Below, piece after piece: positions 62,661 to 64,000 of a stretch of 64,000 bases of DNA. This stretch comes from an uncultured Candidatus Actinomarina sp. (GTDB lineage Bacteria; Actinomycetota; Acidimicrobiia; Actinomarinales; Actinomarinaceae): assembly GCA_902599555.1 (NCBI GenBank), contig CACKFQ010000003.1, positions 607-64,606 of the forward strand. The letters are read 5' to 3'. Numbering within the stretch: position 1 is the stretch's first letter; every line of letters begins with the position of its first letter. Under the pieces are notes generated by a model that saw only the letters and a program-made list of their open reading frames with translations, made no database searches and was not told where the DNA came from. A program made the position numbers and the translations under genes.

Positions 62661-63749
62661 GTGATTAATAAAAATTTTTTACAAGAACCTAACCTAATAG
62701 ATCTTTCGAAAGAAATTTTTAAAGCAGTAGTTCGTGACAAAGTTGAAATAGATACAAGATTTGAACTTTTGTCACAAGACCTTTACGAAGCAGATACTAT
62801 AAACTTCATACTGGCTGATGGTCTGGGTTATAAAAATCTAAGCAGTACAGATTCTTCTTTGAATAAGAACGTTACTCAATCTATTAATACAACATTTCCT
62901 TCATCAACGAACGTTGCCTTATCATCAATATCCTTAATGAAGAATCCAATTGAGCATGGTTTGATAGGATATTACATGTATGACAAATCAAAATATGGCC
63001 TCATAAATGCTTTAAATTGGAATGAGGATAATAAAAATTTATTATCAAACAATTATTATCGAAAACAAAGTTCAATTTGGAAAATTTTTAAAGACAACAA
63101 AATTTATGCTTCGAATTTTCAACCTAGAAACCTGGTTGGGAGTCCACTGTCAAATTTTTTGTATGAGCAATCGAATACTATTCCTTATGATAATGCACAA
63201 AGTCTTCTAGAGTTGTTATCAGATTCTTCGATTTTAGAGAATAGGTTTAATTTTATCTATTATCCATTAATTGACGTTACAGCTCATATATTTGGAGTGA
63301 ATTCAGATGAGTGGCAAATTGAAATAACTAAATTTGAAAAATTGGTTAATGAGATTTCAAATATTAGTAACAAGAAAACAAAAACAATAATTTCTGCTGA
63401 TCACGGTCTTGTAAATATTAACGATGAATTTCGTCATCATTTGAATTATGGTGATGACCTACAAATATACGGAGACCAACGTTCAGTTTATATAAATGGG
63501 GCTAAAGAAAATGTTTTAGAAACTTTTTCAAAAATACCAGGTGTTTTATTGGAGCAACATGAGTTGTCTTGTCTTCTAGGAGATCCCATAGATGAATTTT
63601 TACAGTCAATTTATCCTGATTTTTGTTTTTTAGTTGAAGATAAAAATATCGTATATCCAAAACATCTTTCGGCAAAATTAAAGGGTTACCATGGAGGAAT
63701 ATCCGAAGAAGAGTTAAAAATTCCAATTATTGAATTCTCTAACTTCTAA
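62661..63749 (+). CDS. alkaline-phosphatase-superfamily metalloenzyme (nucleotide pyrophosphatase/phosphodiesterase-like), no signal peptide
   Basis: 362 aa with a GTG start. Motifs ILADGLGY (metal Asp), TTFPSST (nucleophile Ser/Thr), IDVTAHIFG (D..H), SADHGL and GYHGG occur in the order expected for NPP/AP-type catalytic sites. Confidence 0.8.
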   Translation: MINKNFLQEPNLIDLSKEIFKAVVRDKVEIDTRFELLSQDLYEADTINFILADGLGYKNLSSTDSSLNKNVTQSINTTFPSSTNVALSSISLMKNPIEHGLIGYYMYDKSKYGLINALNWNEDNKNLLSNNYYRKQSSIWKIFKDNKIYASNFQPRNLVGSPLSNFLYEQSNTIPYDNAQSLLELLSDSSILENRFNFIYYPLIDVTAHIFGVNSDEWQIEITKFEKLVNEISNISNKKTKTIISADHGLVNINDEFRHHLNYGDDLQIYGDQRSVYINGAKENVLETFSKIPGVLLEQHELSCLLGDPIDEFLQSIYPDFCFLVEDKNIVYPKHLSAKLKGYHGGISEEELKIPIIEFSNF

Positions 63750-63767
63750 GTTACGTATACTTAGCAT

Positions 63768-64000
63768 GTGAAAAATTTAAAAATTTTGCTTCTTCTTCTA
63801 ACATTTTCTTTTTGTTCCCAGTCCAGTGAAATGACAATGGGAGCTCCTGAGCCATATTTTGGTGGAGTAGAAGATATGGCTACTTCTGAAGTAGCTTTCT
63901 CAAGAGAATCTTCTTTTTCACAAGGTGACTATATCATTAAAACTGCTTATGCAAGCACAGACGTTAGTTCATCTAATTTTGAAAATACAATTGATGAAGT
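63768..64000 (+). CDS. putative lipoprotein or exported protein (N-terminal part; runs off the window end)
   Basis: Hand translation from GTG 63768 gives VKNLKILLLLLTFSFCSQSSEMTMGAPEPYFGG..., open to the window end. The hydrophobic signal ends in a lipobox-like FSFC. Confidence 0.5.
   Translation, partial: MKNLKILLLLLTFSFCSQSSEMTMGAPEPYFGGVEDMATSEVAFSRESSFSQGDYIIKTAYASTDVSSSNFENTIDE

Overview
AT-rich (about one-third G+C by eye, not computed) and extremely compact. Most gene junctions are overlaps or under 15 nt, and all but four genes are on the minus strand. The content is conserved core genome in actinobacterial order. High to low coordinates: an 11-gene nuoABCDHIJKLMN operon plus a MidA/NDUFAF7-like methyltransferase; htpX, rhodanese and a PfkB kinase; two plus-strand membrane/exported proteins; tRNA-Tyr/Thr/Met and rpmG; an ECF sigma with a ZAS anti-sigma; tRNA-Trp, secE, nusG, rplKA, rplJL, rpoBC, rpsLG, fusA, tuf; the S10/spc/alpha ribosomal operons; truA, rplM, rpsI, glmM; a glmS ribozyme and glmS; alr, tsaE, tsaB, rimI, tsaD, groES-groEL; then an aromatic amino-acid cluster (aroH, DAHP synthase, tyrA, aroA, aroE, aroC). 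This synteny and a large insertion in beta-prime point to a streamlined low-GC actinobacterium, possibly of the marine Actinomarinales type; that is an inference, not a database result. I saw no rRNA, CRISPR, transposase, integrase or prophage signal. Five items deserve most attention. (1) A 14-codon Tyr-Phe-Tyr-Phe leader peptide with mutually exclusive hairpins and a terminator lies in front of the DAHP-synthase operon. (2) The nuo operon lacks nuoEFG. (3) An NDUFAF7/MidA-type methyltransferase follows nuoN with a 3-nt gap. (4) nuoN has no canonical start codon for its first 87 codons, so an ATT start is likely. (5) A compact glmS ribozyme, an L10-leader attenuator, and cysteine-free L36/L33 plus a long non-zinc-ribbon S14 occupy the canonical ribosomal slots. 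All structure and homology calls were made by eye and recall. None has been checked with software.
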